A DNA stretch of 42,041 nucleotides from a virus (Duplodnaviria; Caudoviricetes): IMG/VR virus record IMGVR_UViG_3300017707_001954, positions 1-42,041 of that record, one strand, 5' to 3'. Under the pieces are notes generated by a model. It was not told the DNA's origin, made no database searches, and saw only the letters and a program-made list of their open reading frames with translations. This document shows, in pieces, positions 9,808-18,224 of this stretch. Position 1 is the first letter of the stretch, and each line of letters opens with the position of its first letter. Position numbers and translations under genes: made by a program.

Positions 9808-10422
9808 TTAACGAGTGACGCTAACAGGGAAAAGGGTGGTATATTCGTTCTCTGTGGCAGGCTCAAACTGGAAGCGCTCAGCAGCGGACGTGGGCAGGCG
9901 TAGGGCAAAGCTCCGGCGCGGCTGCGAAGGCACGGATTCAGTAAATTCACGCACGTTCAAAGTCAGGGGATATTTCCATGCGGCGAGCGCAATCAGCGCC
10001 TCCACATCCAGCCCGGCTTGCACGCGCTGCCAGTCTTCCACACCTCGGCTCATCAGCTCCAGCTCAAAGGTGCGGAGAAGGCCGGGCTCGTCCTCGCTGG
10101 AGGGTATGTTGAACATCTGCCCACGGCTGCCGCCGGTCACGGCTCCGGTGAGGCGGTTCACCGTCACCCATTCACTCCAGGGGCTCCAGTCCTCCGTGTC
10201 ACCGTTTAAGGTTCGGCGCAGGCGGGAGAAGATGATCATCGTGTAGGTCTGGGCTGTCAGCTCGGCAGGCTCGATCACCTGCGGGATGCCGTGCAGAGTC
10301 ACCTGCGTGCCCTGCACCTCCGTGTTGGCATCCACGGGCGTGAGGCTTAGCCGCTGTTTCCAGTCGGTTATGCGTGCCCGGCCGATTGCGAGCAGCTCGT
10401 CCACCTGTTCACGGGACATCAT
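9808..10422 (-). CDS. Hypothetical virion-module protein
   Basis: 204 aa ORF, coupled to the upstream ORF by an ATGA overlap. Confidence 0.6.
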   Translation of the reverse strand: MMSREQVDELLAIGRARITDWKQRLSLTPVDANTEVQGTQVTLHGIPQVIEPAELTAQTYTMIIFSRLRRTLNGDTEDWSPWSEWVTVNRLTGAVTGGSRGQMFNIPSSEDEPGLLRTFELELMSRGVEDWQRVQAGLDVEALIALAAWKYPLTLNVREFTESVPSQPRRSFALRLPTSAAERFQFEPATENEYTTLFPVSVTR

Positions 10423-10598
10423 GCCGCACCCCCTTCCTGCACGGCCACGCTTTGGCCGCTGGTGAGGGTGCGTTCATTGCCGGAGCTGAGCATCAGCTCA
10501 CGGCTGGCCTGCATCATCTCGGCATTCAAGATGCGCAGGATCTCATTGGCCTGGGCTTCAGCGCCCGCTTTGCCGTTCAAAAGGTCATCGGAGCTCAT
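10419..10598 (-). CDS. Hypothetical protein, 59 aa (MSSDDLLNGKAGAEAQANEILRIL...), not in the ORF track
   Basis: Fills the gap exactly, with ATGA overlaps at both ends. Confidence 0.65.
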   Translation of the reverse strand: MSSDDLLNGKAGAEAQANEILRILNAEMMQASRELMLSSGNERTLTSGQSVAVQEGGAA

Positions 10599-10804
10599 GC
10601 TTGCACCTCCTGGATGTAGGTGGTTCGCAGGCCATCTGTCACCGCCACCTTGCCACCGCCGCGAGGTTTCAGCCGCGACATAATCACGTCGATGTATTCG
10701 GGGATGAATTGACGCAAGGCCACATACTGCATGTCACTCCCGCGATCTCCGGCCATGGTGGCGGCGATCTCGTCGGGGCTTTGGCCTGGGGGGTCAGAGG
10801 TCAT
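10595..10804 (-). CDS. Hypothetical protein, 69 aa
   Basis: ATGA overlaps with both neighbours. Confidence 0.6.
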   Translation of the reverse strand: MTSDPPGQSPDEIAATMAGDRGSDMQYVALRQFIPEYIDVIMSRLKPRGGGKVAVTDGLRTTYIQEVQA

Positions 10805-13800
10805 GCGGGTTTGAAGATCATGGCGCGTTTCATCCAGCCGGTCACGATGAGATCATTGCCATCCCAGCAGACGCCAAGAGGATAGCGCATGTTTTGAGAG
10901 TTCGGGCTGCCGCCTGCCCACTCGCCCGCACTGCTGCTGATGCTGGCCTGTCCGAGCACGGCATCCATGCTTGCACCGCTGGCAGTAGGAAGTTCATAGA
11001 AAAGGGCCACGCGACTGTTTTGGTAGTCGCCCACGGCCACTTGGCCGAGATCATTGCAAGCTACGGAGCGTGGCGTTGAGCAGGTAGTAGCGGTGCTGCC
11101 GCTGCCGGTCACGCCAAAACCGCTTTGAAGTAGGACATGAGTAGCGCTGGCATTGTTTACCGTAGGGATGCTGGCAAAGACGCACACGCGGTTGTTGCTG
11201 CTATCTGCCACGAGCAGTTTGCCATCGGGCATTTCAGCCACGTCGTAAGGCTTGTTGAACTTATTAGCCGCGCTGCCAGTGGTGGCCACAGTAAATCCGG
11301 TCTGGCCGATCACGACATTAGCGGCAACACCGTTGGTTGTTGGCACACTATTCCATACGAGCACGCGGTTATTACCACTGTCGGCCACGATGAGCTTGCC
11401 GCTGCTCGTCACGCGGATGCCGTAGGGGGTATTGAGCTTGGCGGCCGTGAGTCCGCTGGAATAGGTGGTGAGGTTCGGTTGACCGATGACATTGGCCGGT
11501 GTGCTGCTGGCGCTGACAGGTGCGGCATAGCGGAGAATGCGGTGCGTGTTGACGCCACCGACTAAGAGGTCTTCACCACTCCATGCGACCGTTGACCAAC
11601 CATTCGAGACGCCGCCCGTAATATCGAGGAGGAGGAAATCAGCGGCAGCACCATTGGCGGTCGGCACACTGTTCCACACATAGACAGAGCCATCACTAAC
11701 ATTCACGATGGCCAGTTTGCCTGCGGGGGAGATCGCAGCGCCCCAGACGACATTGGACATCAGGCTGGATGTATTGGAAGCCACCTGATCATCAAAGTCC
11801 GCCTGCCCGAGCACCACGTTGGCGCTTTGGTAGGTGGTCAGGGCATCCGCCGGGGTGCCGGTGCCGCTGATGGTGATGTCGTAAGTCTGCTTGCTCACCG
11901 TGCTGGCGTTGTTCGTCAGTCGCAGGGTGCAGGTGCGGACACCGTAGCCGCTTGGGTTGAAGGTGACTTTGAAGGTCGTGGTGCCATCGGCAGCGATGCT
12001 GGCGGGCAGGCTGATGCCGCTCACAGTGAAGTCCGCACTGTTGCCGCCCGTGGTGGTGCATCCGGTCACGGAAAGGCTGCTGGTGCCGAGATTGCGGATC
12101 GTGAAGGTGCGCTCAATGGTGCCGCCCGATAGCAAGGCATTGCCGAAGTCAAGGCTCCCACCATCCGCGATAACGGTGGTGGCGGGATACTCCACCTGGA
12201 TGTCCGGCCCGGTGCCGCCGATGCCGTTCAGGGTGATATTTGTCGGGCTTTCGTCGCTGTCACTGCTGGTGATGGCCAGCGTGGTCGTGCGGGCTCCGGT
12301 GGCAGAAGGGTCAAAGGTGACAGTGAAGGTGGTGCTGGCTGCCGCGGCGAGGCTGGTGCTGCCGAGAGCGCTCACGGTGAAGTCACCCGCATTGCCACCC
12401 GACACTGCCGCAGCCAGACTGCTGAGCGTGCCTGCACCGCGATTGTAGATGGTAAAAGTTTTTATCCGCGTGTTGCTACCTGCGGCATCCACAGTGCCGA
12501 AGTCATAGCTGTGGCTGGTTTCCACCACCAGGCCGAGCGGGTCCTGAACCTCGATCTCGCCCACGGCCACACCAGTCCCGCTGAGGGTGATGGTGTAGGG
12601 ATCTTCGTCCAAGTCGGTGTTGATGATGGTCAGCGTGCTTGTCAAAGTGCCGCCAGCGGTGGGGATGAAGGTTACTTGCAGTGTCGTGCTGCCGCCTGCG
12701 GCCACGGTGCCATCCGGCGCGGTCGTGAGCTGCCAGTCACCGGCTCCCACGGCAGCGGCCACCGTCAAATTCCCCGTGCCGGTGTTCTCGATGGTGATCG
12801 TATAGGCTTGGCTGCTACCGGTGTCCACACTGCCAAAGGCGATGGTGCTGCCGGTGGCGTAGCTGGTGCCGCTGTATTTGACATTGATCTCCGGATCCGT
12901 GGCGGTGCCAGTGAGGGAGATCACGAGCGGGCTGGCCGGGTCATCGCTAGCCAAGCTGAGGCTTGCGGTGCGACTGCCAGAGCCCTGCGGGTTAAAGGTC
13001 AGGTCAAAGGTGGCGGTGCCGCCATTGGCTGCCACGGTGGTGGGCAGGGTGCCCACGATGAAATCCGTGTTGTGCGTGCCGCTGAGGGTGGCGGCGAGGT
13101 TGTTGAGGCTGAGCACGCCATTGTTCAGGATCGTCAGGGTCAGCGTGGTGCTGGCCTCCACGGCGGTGCTGGCAAAGGAGAGCGCGGAGCTGATGACGCT
13201 GCTGCCATTCTTCAGCACAAGCTCACTCTGCGGAGTCGCCATGAATTGCAGCGTGTTGCTGGTCAGGCCGGAGCGTTTGACCCGCGCCCAGTAGATCTGC
13301 CCACGGGTGAGGCCGGTCACGGTGTATTCCAGCGGGGCAGTGCTGTTCACCGCCTGATCCTTCAGCAGCAATCCACGGGTGAAGTCGGGAGAGGTGGCCA
13401 CATCCAGCGTGGTGCCACTGCCGGCCACATCCCAAGCCAGGTCCACGCTAGTGCTGCTCACGGGGGTATAGCTGAGGTTCAGCCCCGTGCTAGCACCTGC
13501 GCTGCTGGGGGCATCCAGCTCGATGATGGTGGTCATCCATCCGCCCATGTAGGGCCGGACATCCACATCAAGGATGATCGTGCCGGGCCAGACCTCGGGA
13601 TCGGTAGCGGGCTCGGTGAAGGTAAAGCCACCATCCGTAAACACGAGCTGCGGGTGCAGACATGCCTGCGTGCTGACTTGGAAACCTTCCGGCCCTTGGA
13701 AGTAAATGGAGCGCGGCAGCATCCGAGTCGGCTCGGGGATGTAGGGCTTGCTGCCACTGGTCGGCCATGAGGGGTTGCCGTCGTAGTCGGGCATCACGCG

Positions 13801-14661
13801 GGTCCACATCTCCGTCATGCGGCCTTTGCACGGGCCGTTGTAGCTGTCGGTTTTCCAAATCGGATAGGTGATGTAGCCACGGATGGCGGAGTAGATATTG
13901 CCCGCGTCCTCATAGATGGGCAGCACGAAGTAGCCGCTGAGCACGGGCGGCCAGTAGTGCCGCATGGGGCGCGGGATGATGCGGCTGGCCTTGCCATTCA
14001 CCGCTTGTCCGGCGATGCCGGGAGCCTTCCGCACGGTCCGCACGAGCCAGTCGGGATTGATGCCATCCACCTCGGCCATGCTGCCGCTGTCATCCGGCGC
14101 ACTGCCATGGGTGCCCGCAGGCACGAGCGTGCGGGTCACGGTGCGGATCTCGCCCGATTCGGAGTCGAGTGATTCCGACACGACACCCTCCCGGATGTCA
14201 CGCCAGATGCGGGTGATCACGATGTAAAGGCCATCCAACGGCTGCGGCAGGCGGTCCTGCCGCTGCTCGATGAAGGTCCACTCATAGGCACTGCTAAAGG
14301 TGGGCGGCGTCTCGCTCGGCGTCGTTTCACTCGGCACCCAGCCGGAGCGTTTCACGATGAAGGTCTGCCGAATCTGCGGGCCGTATTGGTCCGACAGCAC
14401 CTTGCTGAACTCGAAATTGTAATCTTCCTGGTCACTCCGCACCTTCGCATAGATGGGATACTGAAAGCCTTCCTCCGTGGGGTCAAAGCCCACGAGCTCA
14501 TAGTCTGGGAACTCACTGGCTGGAGCATACGCCTGCCCGATGGTCATGCGGGCGGCCACGTCATCACGCACCTTCTTCCCACGCAGGAGCAGGTCCTTCA
14601 GCGGCGAGTCAAAGCGGAGCGTGCGGTTGGGATCATCTCCCGTGAGATTCCAGGCGGCCAT
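10801..14661 (-). CDS. Tail/receptor-binding protein: phage N-terminal region, FN3, four Ig-like (ASH/choice-of-anchor-D type) repeats, C-terminal NHL beta-propeller
   Basis: FN3 motif YTVTGLTRGQIYWARV. Four repeats of F-G/A..T-I-x-N-x-G...L...F-x-P...T-x-x-L-x-I..D..P...L-x-G-x-G. NHL repeats LIVADSGNNRVLVW and LLVADSSNNRV with VLGQ spacers. Confidence 0.75.
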   Translation of the reverse strand: MAAWNLTGDDPNRTLRFDSPLKDLLLRGKKVRDDVAARMTIGQAYAPASEFPDYELVGFDPTEEGFQYPIYAKVRSDQEDYNFEFSKVLSDQYGPQIRQTFIVKRSGWVPSETTPSETPPTFSSAYEWTFIEQRQDRLPQPLDGLYIVITRIWRDIREGVVSESLDSESGEIRTVTRTLVPAGTHGSAPDDSGSMAEVDGINPDWLVRTVRKAPGIAGQAVNGKASRIIPRPMRHYWPPVLSGYFVLPIYEDAGNIYSAIRGYITYPIWKTDSYNGPCKGRMTEMWTRVMPDYDGNPSWPTSGSKPYIPEPTRMLPRSIYFQGPEGFQVSTQACLHPQLVFTDGGFTFTEPATDPEVWPGTIILDVDVRPYMGGWMTTIIELDAPSSAGASTGLNLSYTPVSSTSVDLAWDVAGSGTTLDVATSPDFTRGLLLKDQAVNSTAPLEYTVTGLTRGQIYWARVKRSGLTSNTLQFMATPQSELVLKNGSSVISSALSFASTAVEASTTLTLTILNNGVLSLNNLAATLSGTHNTDFIVGTLPTTVAANGGTATFDLTFNPQGSGSRTASLSLASDDPASPLVISLTGTATDPEINVKYSGTSYATGSTIAFGSVDTGSSQAYTITIENTGTGNLTVAAAVGAGDWQLTTAPDGTVAAGGSTTLQVTFIPTAGGTLTSTLTIINTDLDEDPYTITLSGTGVAVGEIEVQDPLGLVVETSHSYDFGTVDAAGSNTRIKTFTIYNRGAGTLSSLAAAVSGGNAGDFTVSALGSTSLAAAASTTFTVTFDPSATGARTTTLAITSSDSDESPTNITLNGIGGTGPDIQVEYPATTVIADGGSLDFGNALLSGGTIERTFTIRNLGTSSLSVTGCTTTGGNSADFTVSGISLPASIAADGTTTFKVTFNPSGYGVRTCTLRLTNNASTVSKQTYDITISGTGTPADALTTYQSANVVLGQADFDDQVASNTSSLMSNVVWGAAISPAGKLAIVNVSDGSVYVWNSVPTANGAAADFLLLDITGGVSNGWSTVAWSGEDLLVGGVNTHRILRYAAPVSASSTPANVIGQPNLTTYSSGLTAAKLNTPYGIRVTSSGKLIVADSGNNRVLVWNSVPTTNGVAANVVIGQTGFTVATTGSAANKFNKPYDVAEMPDGKLLVADSSNNRVCVFASIPTVNNASATHVLLQSGFGVTGSGSTATTCSTPRSVACNDLGQVAVGDYQNSRVALFYELPTASGASMDAVLGQASISSSAGEWAGGSPNSQNMRYPLGVCWDGNDLIVTGWMKRAMIFKPA

Positions 14662-14663
14662 AA

Positions 14664-15002
14664 TCAGGGGGCGTCTTCTAAGAGGGGTTCGAGGTCGGCG
14701 GGGTGGATGTCTTCCGGCATGGCCGGATCATCGGGTAGGCCGATGTGGCCGACACGGGCGGTCATGGCGGTGCTGAACTGCTGCCAAAGCTGCTGCATGG
14801 TGCTGCGTCCAAGCTGTTGACCTGCGGAGAAAATGGCACGCACGGCGAGGTCGATGCCTGCCTGCTCATCCGCCGGGATCGCCACAGCGATGTCGGCATG
14901 GCCTGAGGTGCGCAGGTGCCAGATCTCGAGATCACGGCGCCTCTTGTCTGAGCCGAGCCTGTCAAAGCCTGCTTGGGTGAGGAAGGTGGCAGCGGGGCTC
15001 AT
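14664..15002 (-). CDS. Hypothetical protein
   Basis: 112 aa ORF coupled to the lysozyme stop. Confidence 0.6.
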   Translation of the reverse strand: MSPAATFLTQAGFDRLGSDKRRRDLEIWHLRTSGHADIAVAIPADEQAGIDLAVRAIFSAGQQLGRSTMQQLWQQFSTAMTARVGHIGLPDDPAMPEDIHPADLEPLLEDAP

Positions 15003-15463
15003 GCAAATTCAAAAGCCAGTCGGCCCGTGTTGAAGAGGTATTGTTCCGCCTTGCGACGCCGCACCAGACCGGGCAGCACCTTGCCGCCGCCCTTCGTCCA
15101 TTTGAGGAACTCCAAAGCGGCCCCGCCTTTGTCCATCTGGTTGAGCTTTTTGAGCAGCGTGCTTTTCCCCAAAGCTCCGGTATTGAAGTGGAAGCTCACC
15201 AAGGCGTCAAACTGATGCTGCTCCAGTGGCACCTTCACCAGTCGGCGGACATCGGGCGCATACTTGGTGTTGAGGTCCTGGAAGAGCAGCAGGTCTGCTT
15301 CCTCCTGCGTGATCACGCGCCCCTTCTTCACGGTGCCGTCATTGTGCTTCAAGCCCGTGTGCCCGTAGCCGATGGTCCACACGCCCGCCGGGCAGAGGTA
15401 GGCCTTCAGGTAAAGACCTTCAAAATGCTTCACGAGTTGGACGCCGAGAGCGGAGATGTTCAT
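14999..15463 (-). CDS. Endolysin, GH24 (phage lysozyme family)
   Basis: FEGLYLKAYLCPAGVWTIGYGHT catalytic motif; QFDALVSF; LPGLVRRRKAE. Confidence 0.95.
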   Translation of the reverse strand: MNISALGVQLVKHFEGLYLKAYLCPAGVWTIGYGHTGLKHNDGTVKKGRVITQEEADLLLFQDLNTKYAPDVRRLVKVPLEQHQFDALVSFHFNTGALGKSTLLKKLNQMDKGGAALEFLKWTKGGGKVLPGLVRRRKAEQYLFNTGRLAFEFA

Positions 15464-15570
15464 TTAGAGCGGAAGGCAGCGATGAGGCACCAGATCATGA
15501 GCACGAGGGCGGCGAAGGACAGGCCAAGCGCCAGCCGGAAGGTGTCTTCACATGAGCAGGCAAGCAGCAT
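15460..15570 (-). CDS. 36 aa single-TM protein (holin/antiholin candidate), not in the ORF track
   Basis: MLLACSCEDTFRLALGLSFAALVLMIWCLIAAFRSK*; its stop overlaps the endolysin ATG. Confidence 0.55.
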   Translation of the reverse strand: MLLACSCEDTFRLALGLSFAALVLMIWCLIAAFRSK

Positions 15571-15588
15571 GAGGGTGGCGGGGTGAGG

Positions 15589-16119
15589 TTACTTGGTGCC
15601 GGTGATGGCAGGCAGCAGGGGAGTCGCGGGCGGCCCGCCGTCTCCCACCGGCTGGGCCGCCACGGCAGCAGCAGCACGGCGGGCCAGTATGTCCGCCAGC
15701 TTCGCCTGCTCATCTGCCAGCCGTTTGCGAGAGGTTTCCATGATGCGCTGGGCCACGAGCTTTTCCGCCGGGCTCCAGGTGCCGGTCGTCAGGCGCGGCT
15801 CGTAGATCAGCACGGCCAGGTCATAGGCCACGGTGGCGGCCTGAAGCGCGGACTGTGCCCGCTGGATCTCGGCATCTGTGCTGTCTTTGCTGGCACACTG
15901 GCAGAGCAGGCAGGTGAGCAGGAGCAGCGGCAGGTAAGGCGGCTGCCCACCTTTACGCGGGTCAGGCATCAGGACTCCGAGCAGGGCGATCAGCGCGGGG
16001 ATGACCCACTGCTTCCAGTCCGACACATCACCCCCGGCGGAGGTGAACTGCTGAATGGCGATGAGGGCGGCAAAAAGTCCGCCTGCGAGGGTGGTTTTCC
16101 AGTTTTTGATGGGATTCAT
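15589..16119 (-). CDS. Holin-like two-TM N-terminus fused to an internal lipobox-like segment and helical domain (spanin candidate)
   Basis: KNWKTTLAGGLFAALIA...WVIPALIALLGVL, then PLLLLTCLLCQC and a coiled-coil-like tail. ATG 16119 overlaps the upstream stop. Confidence 0.6.
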   Translation of the reverse strand: MNPIKNWKTTLAGGLFAALIAIQQFTSAGGDVSDWKQWVIPALIALLGVLMPDPRKGGQPPYLPLLLLTCLLCQCASKDSTDAEIQRAQSALQAATVAYDLAVLIYEPRLTTGTWSPAEKLVAQRIMETSRKRLADEQAKLADILARRAAAAVAAQPVGDGGPPATPLLPAITGTK

Positions 16120-16577
16120 GGCGTGGGTGTTTGGGGTTCGAGGTTCGGAATTTCTCCGCAACATTCGGAATCATTCGGCAAGATGCGGAAGTTCTTGGCG
16201 ATCACCCAGCTCTTGCCAGACTTCACCGGCATGGGCTCGATGCGGCCCTCAGAGATCCAGTCAATCACGGCGCGGTCGGTGACATTCATGCGCTTGGCGA
16301 TGTCTGCGGTAGTCACATAGTCGCGGGCGGTGGCAAGCTCTTCCAGCGGAGCTTCAGCCTTACCTACGTTGACGTTTTGGGAGACGCTGCCCTTGCTGCC
16401 GCGCTCCATCATGGTCATCTGCATCTGCAAGACAGCAATGTCTCGATCATGGCTCAGCACCGTCGTCACCATCCAGACGGCAAAGACGGGCATGAAGAAC
16501 AAGCTGATCTTGAAAATCCAGCTATGAACCGTGCCCAGTTTGATGACGGCGTTGGAGTCTTCTTCGACAATGCTCAT
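16116..16577 (-). CDS. Membrane-anchored protein with a C-terminal excisionase/MerR-like HTH
   Basis: TM segment WIFKISLFFMPVFAVWMVTTVL; HTH YVTTADIAKRMNVTDRAVIDWISEGRIE..K.GKSWVI. Confidence 0.7.
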   Translation of the reverse strand: MSIVEEDSNAVIKLGTVHSWIFKISLFFMPVFAVWMVTTVLSHDRDIAVLQMQMTMMERGSKGSVSQNVNVGKAEAPLEELATARDYVTTADIAKRMNVTDRAVIDWISEGRIEPMPVKSGKSWVIAKNFRILPNDSECCGEIPNLEPQTPTP

Positions 16578-17353
16578 GAATCAGAGGGGAAGGTGGAAAG
16601 GTCCACGGGGGTGAGTTGGTAGCCGCCGCCGAGGGTGGTCATGGCGGTGTTCACATCATCGCGGAAGGCTGCCACGCTGGTGCCGTAGCCGCCATTTTGT
16701 GCGCCGGTCCACATGGTGAGCAGCACGAGGTCGCCATTGATAAACCAAAAAGCGGGGTTGCCGGAGTCCCCGCCGACAAGGCCTTCATTGAAGTTCAGCC
16801 GTAGCGGGGAGGTAGGCACCTGCATGGCGCAATACTCGGTGCCCGTGTTTTGATAGGGCAGCGTGGCGAGATCGACCACAAGCAGCTTTTCCTCCTGGTC
16901 CGTAGCAGCGCAGGGAATTTGGAAGGGCTGGATATTGGCCGGCAGTTTGCTTTCAAAGCCAGCAGGCAGCACCTTGGCATAGCTGATGGTGCCCGGCACA
17001 TCCGAGTCCAGCACGCCGATTGTGATGTCTGGATAATAGTCTCCTGTGGTCGGCAGTGAAATGGTGCTGCTGAGGGTGCGAGTGACAACGGTGTTGCCGG
17101 TGGTCACAAACCGAATGGTGCTGCCATTGGCAGGCTTGTAATGTGTGGCGAACAGAACGTGCCGAGGTGACACCAAGATGCCTGCTTTTTGGAAAACTGA
17201 ATCGCTATTCCAGGGGCTGATGGCCGTGAGCGCCTGCACATGCACCGCCGCCCAGTGGTCCGTGTTTCGGACATAGGTGGGCGTGCTGTGATCTTGCGTG
17301 GTGAAGAGGCGCATGTTTGTGGAGGGAACTTGGTCTGCCAGCAGGCCGTCCAA
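16574..17353 (-). CDS. Trypsin-like serine protease domain (true start uncertain)
   Basis: Catalytic triad motifs GILVSPRHVLFATH (His), PDITIG (Asp), GGDSGNP (Ser). The frame is open upstream to about 17446 with no ATG. Confidence 0.8.
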   Translation of the reverse strand: MDGLLADQVPSTNMRLFTTQDHSTPTYVRNTDHWAAVHVQALTAISPWNSDSVFQKAGILVSPRHVLFATHYKPANGSTIRFVTTGNTVVTRTLSSTISLPTTGDYYPDITIGVLDSDVPGTISYAKVLPAGFESKLPANIQPFQIPCAATDQEEKLLVVDLATLPYQNTGTEYCAMQVPTSPLRLNFNEGLVGGDSGNPAFWFINGDLVLLTMWTGAQNGGYGTSVAAFRDDVNTAMTTLGGGYQLTPVDLSTFPSDS

Positions 17354-17426
17354 GTGGGAGATCAGTTCATTCTTTAGAGTGCCTTCATCGTCGGGGTGCG
17401 GTGGGGGTTCAGGCAGGGCTAGGTCG

Positions 17427-17873
17427 CTAAAGTAAGGGCATGACCATCAGATAAACTGAGATCACGCCCGCATTCGCAGAATTAGATGTTTGGTAAAGAT
17501 AAAGCGTCTGAGCCGTAGAGGGCACAATACTTGTGCTTGTCGCGGTGACTTGCACAACATTTGAAGTCGATGTTGGACCTGTAATTGTTCCTACAATCAG
17601 GCTTCCAGATCCTGATGCGGCATCTCGAACAGCGAACGATGCCCCAGCCAATGTGCCCGCTGCGCTTTCGGCAATGCAAACAGATGTTCCGCTAAAAGTA
17701 AAACGATACCGCGTGCACCAGCTTGGCAATGTCACTGTCGCCACATCCGCAGGCGTGCCTGTGGTCAGCACGGTGACGTTTTTGATGGCGAGCATGAACG
17801 GCTTGTTCACCTCATCCGCGTCGATGAGTTGCTGGACGCGGCCAGCGCTGATTCCTGGAGTGCGAAGTTTCAT
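17427..17873 (-). CDS. Ser/Thr-rich beta-sandwich-like probable virion protein
   Basis: 148 aa, located in the head/tail module; ends CCC TTA CTT TAG C. Confidence 0.6.
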   Translation of the reverse strand: MKLRTPGISAGRVQQLIDADEVNKPFMLAIKNVTVLTTGTPADVATVTLPSWCTRYRFTFSGTSVCIAESAAGTLAGASFAVRDAASGSGSLIVGTITGPTSTSNVVQVTATSTSIVPSTAQTLYLYQTSNSANAGVISVYLMVMPLL

Positions 17874-17899
17874 GCGGGGGTCAGTGTGAGGGGAAAAGG

Positions 17900-18217
17900 T
17901 TAGCTGACGGCACGCTTCCAGGCGATGTAGCGCGGGCTGCCGGTCATGGCGGCCACGCTCACGGGGCCGATGTAGTCATCAATGAGGATACTCGCGCCCG
18001 CGCCATCATCCGCCGCACCTCCGGCGGACAAAATCGTGTTGAGGCTGGTGGTGCTGGCAGACTCGCCCAGCTTCACCGCGAGGGCGGCATCATCCAGATT
18101 GTGGATGAATCCGACCTCTCCGGACGCAAGGGTGAACACGGTCCCGGCACTGGTGCCGATGGTGTAGTTGCTCGGCAAAGCGCCGGATTGAAGGCTGGCA
18201 GAACGGACGGCTTCCAT
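17900..18217 (-). CDS. Small virion (decoration-like) protein
   Basis: 105 aa, beta-rich composition, position after head genes. Confidence 0.5.
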   Translation of the reverse strand: MEAVRSASLQSGALPSNYTIGTSAGTVFTLASGEVGFIHNLDDAALAVKLGESASTTSLNTILSAGGAADDGAGASILIDDYIGPVSVAAMTGSPRYIAWKRAVS

Positions 18218-18224
18218 AGAGGTC

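Noticed and set aside
10801-14661. Diversity-generating retroelement acting on the tail protein
   Set aside because: No reverse transcriptase, and no TR/VR repeat pair seen.
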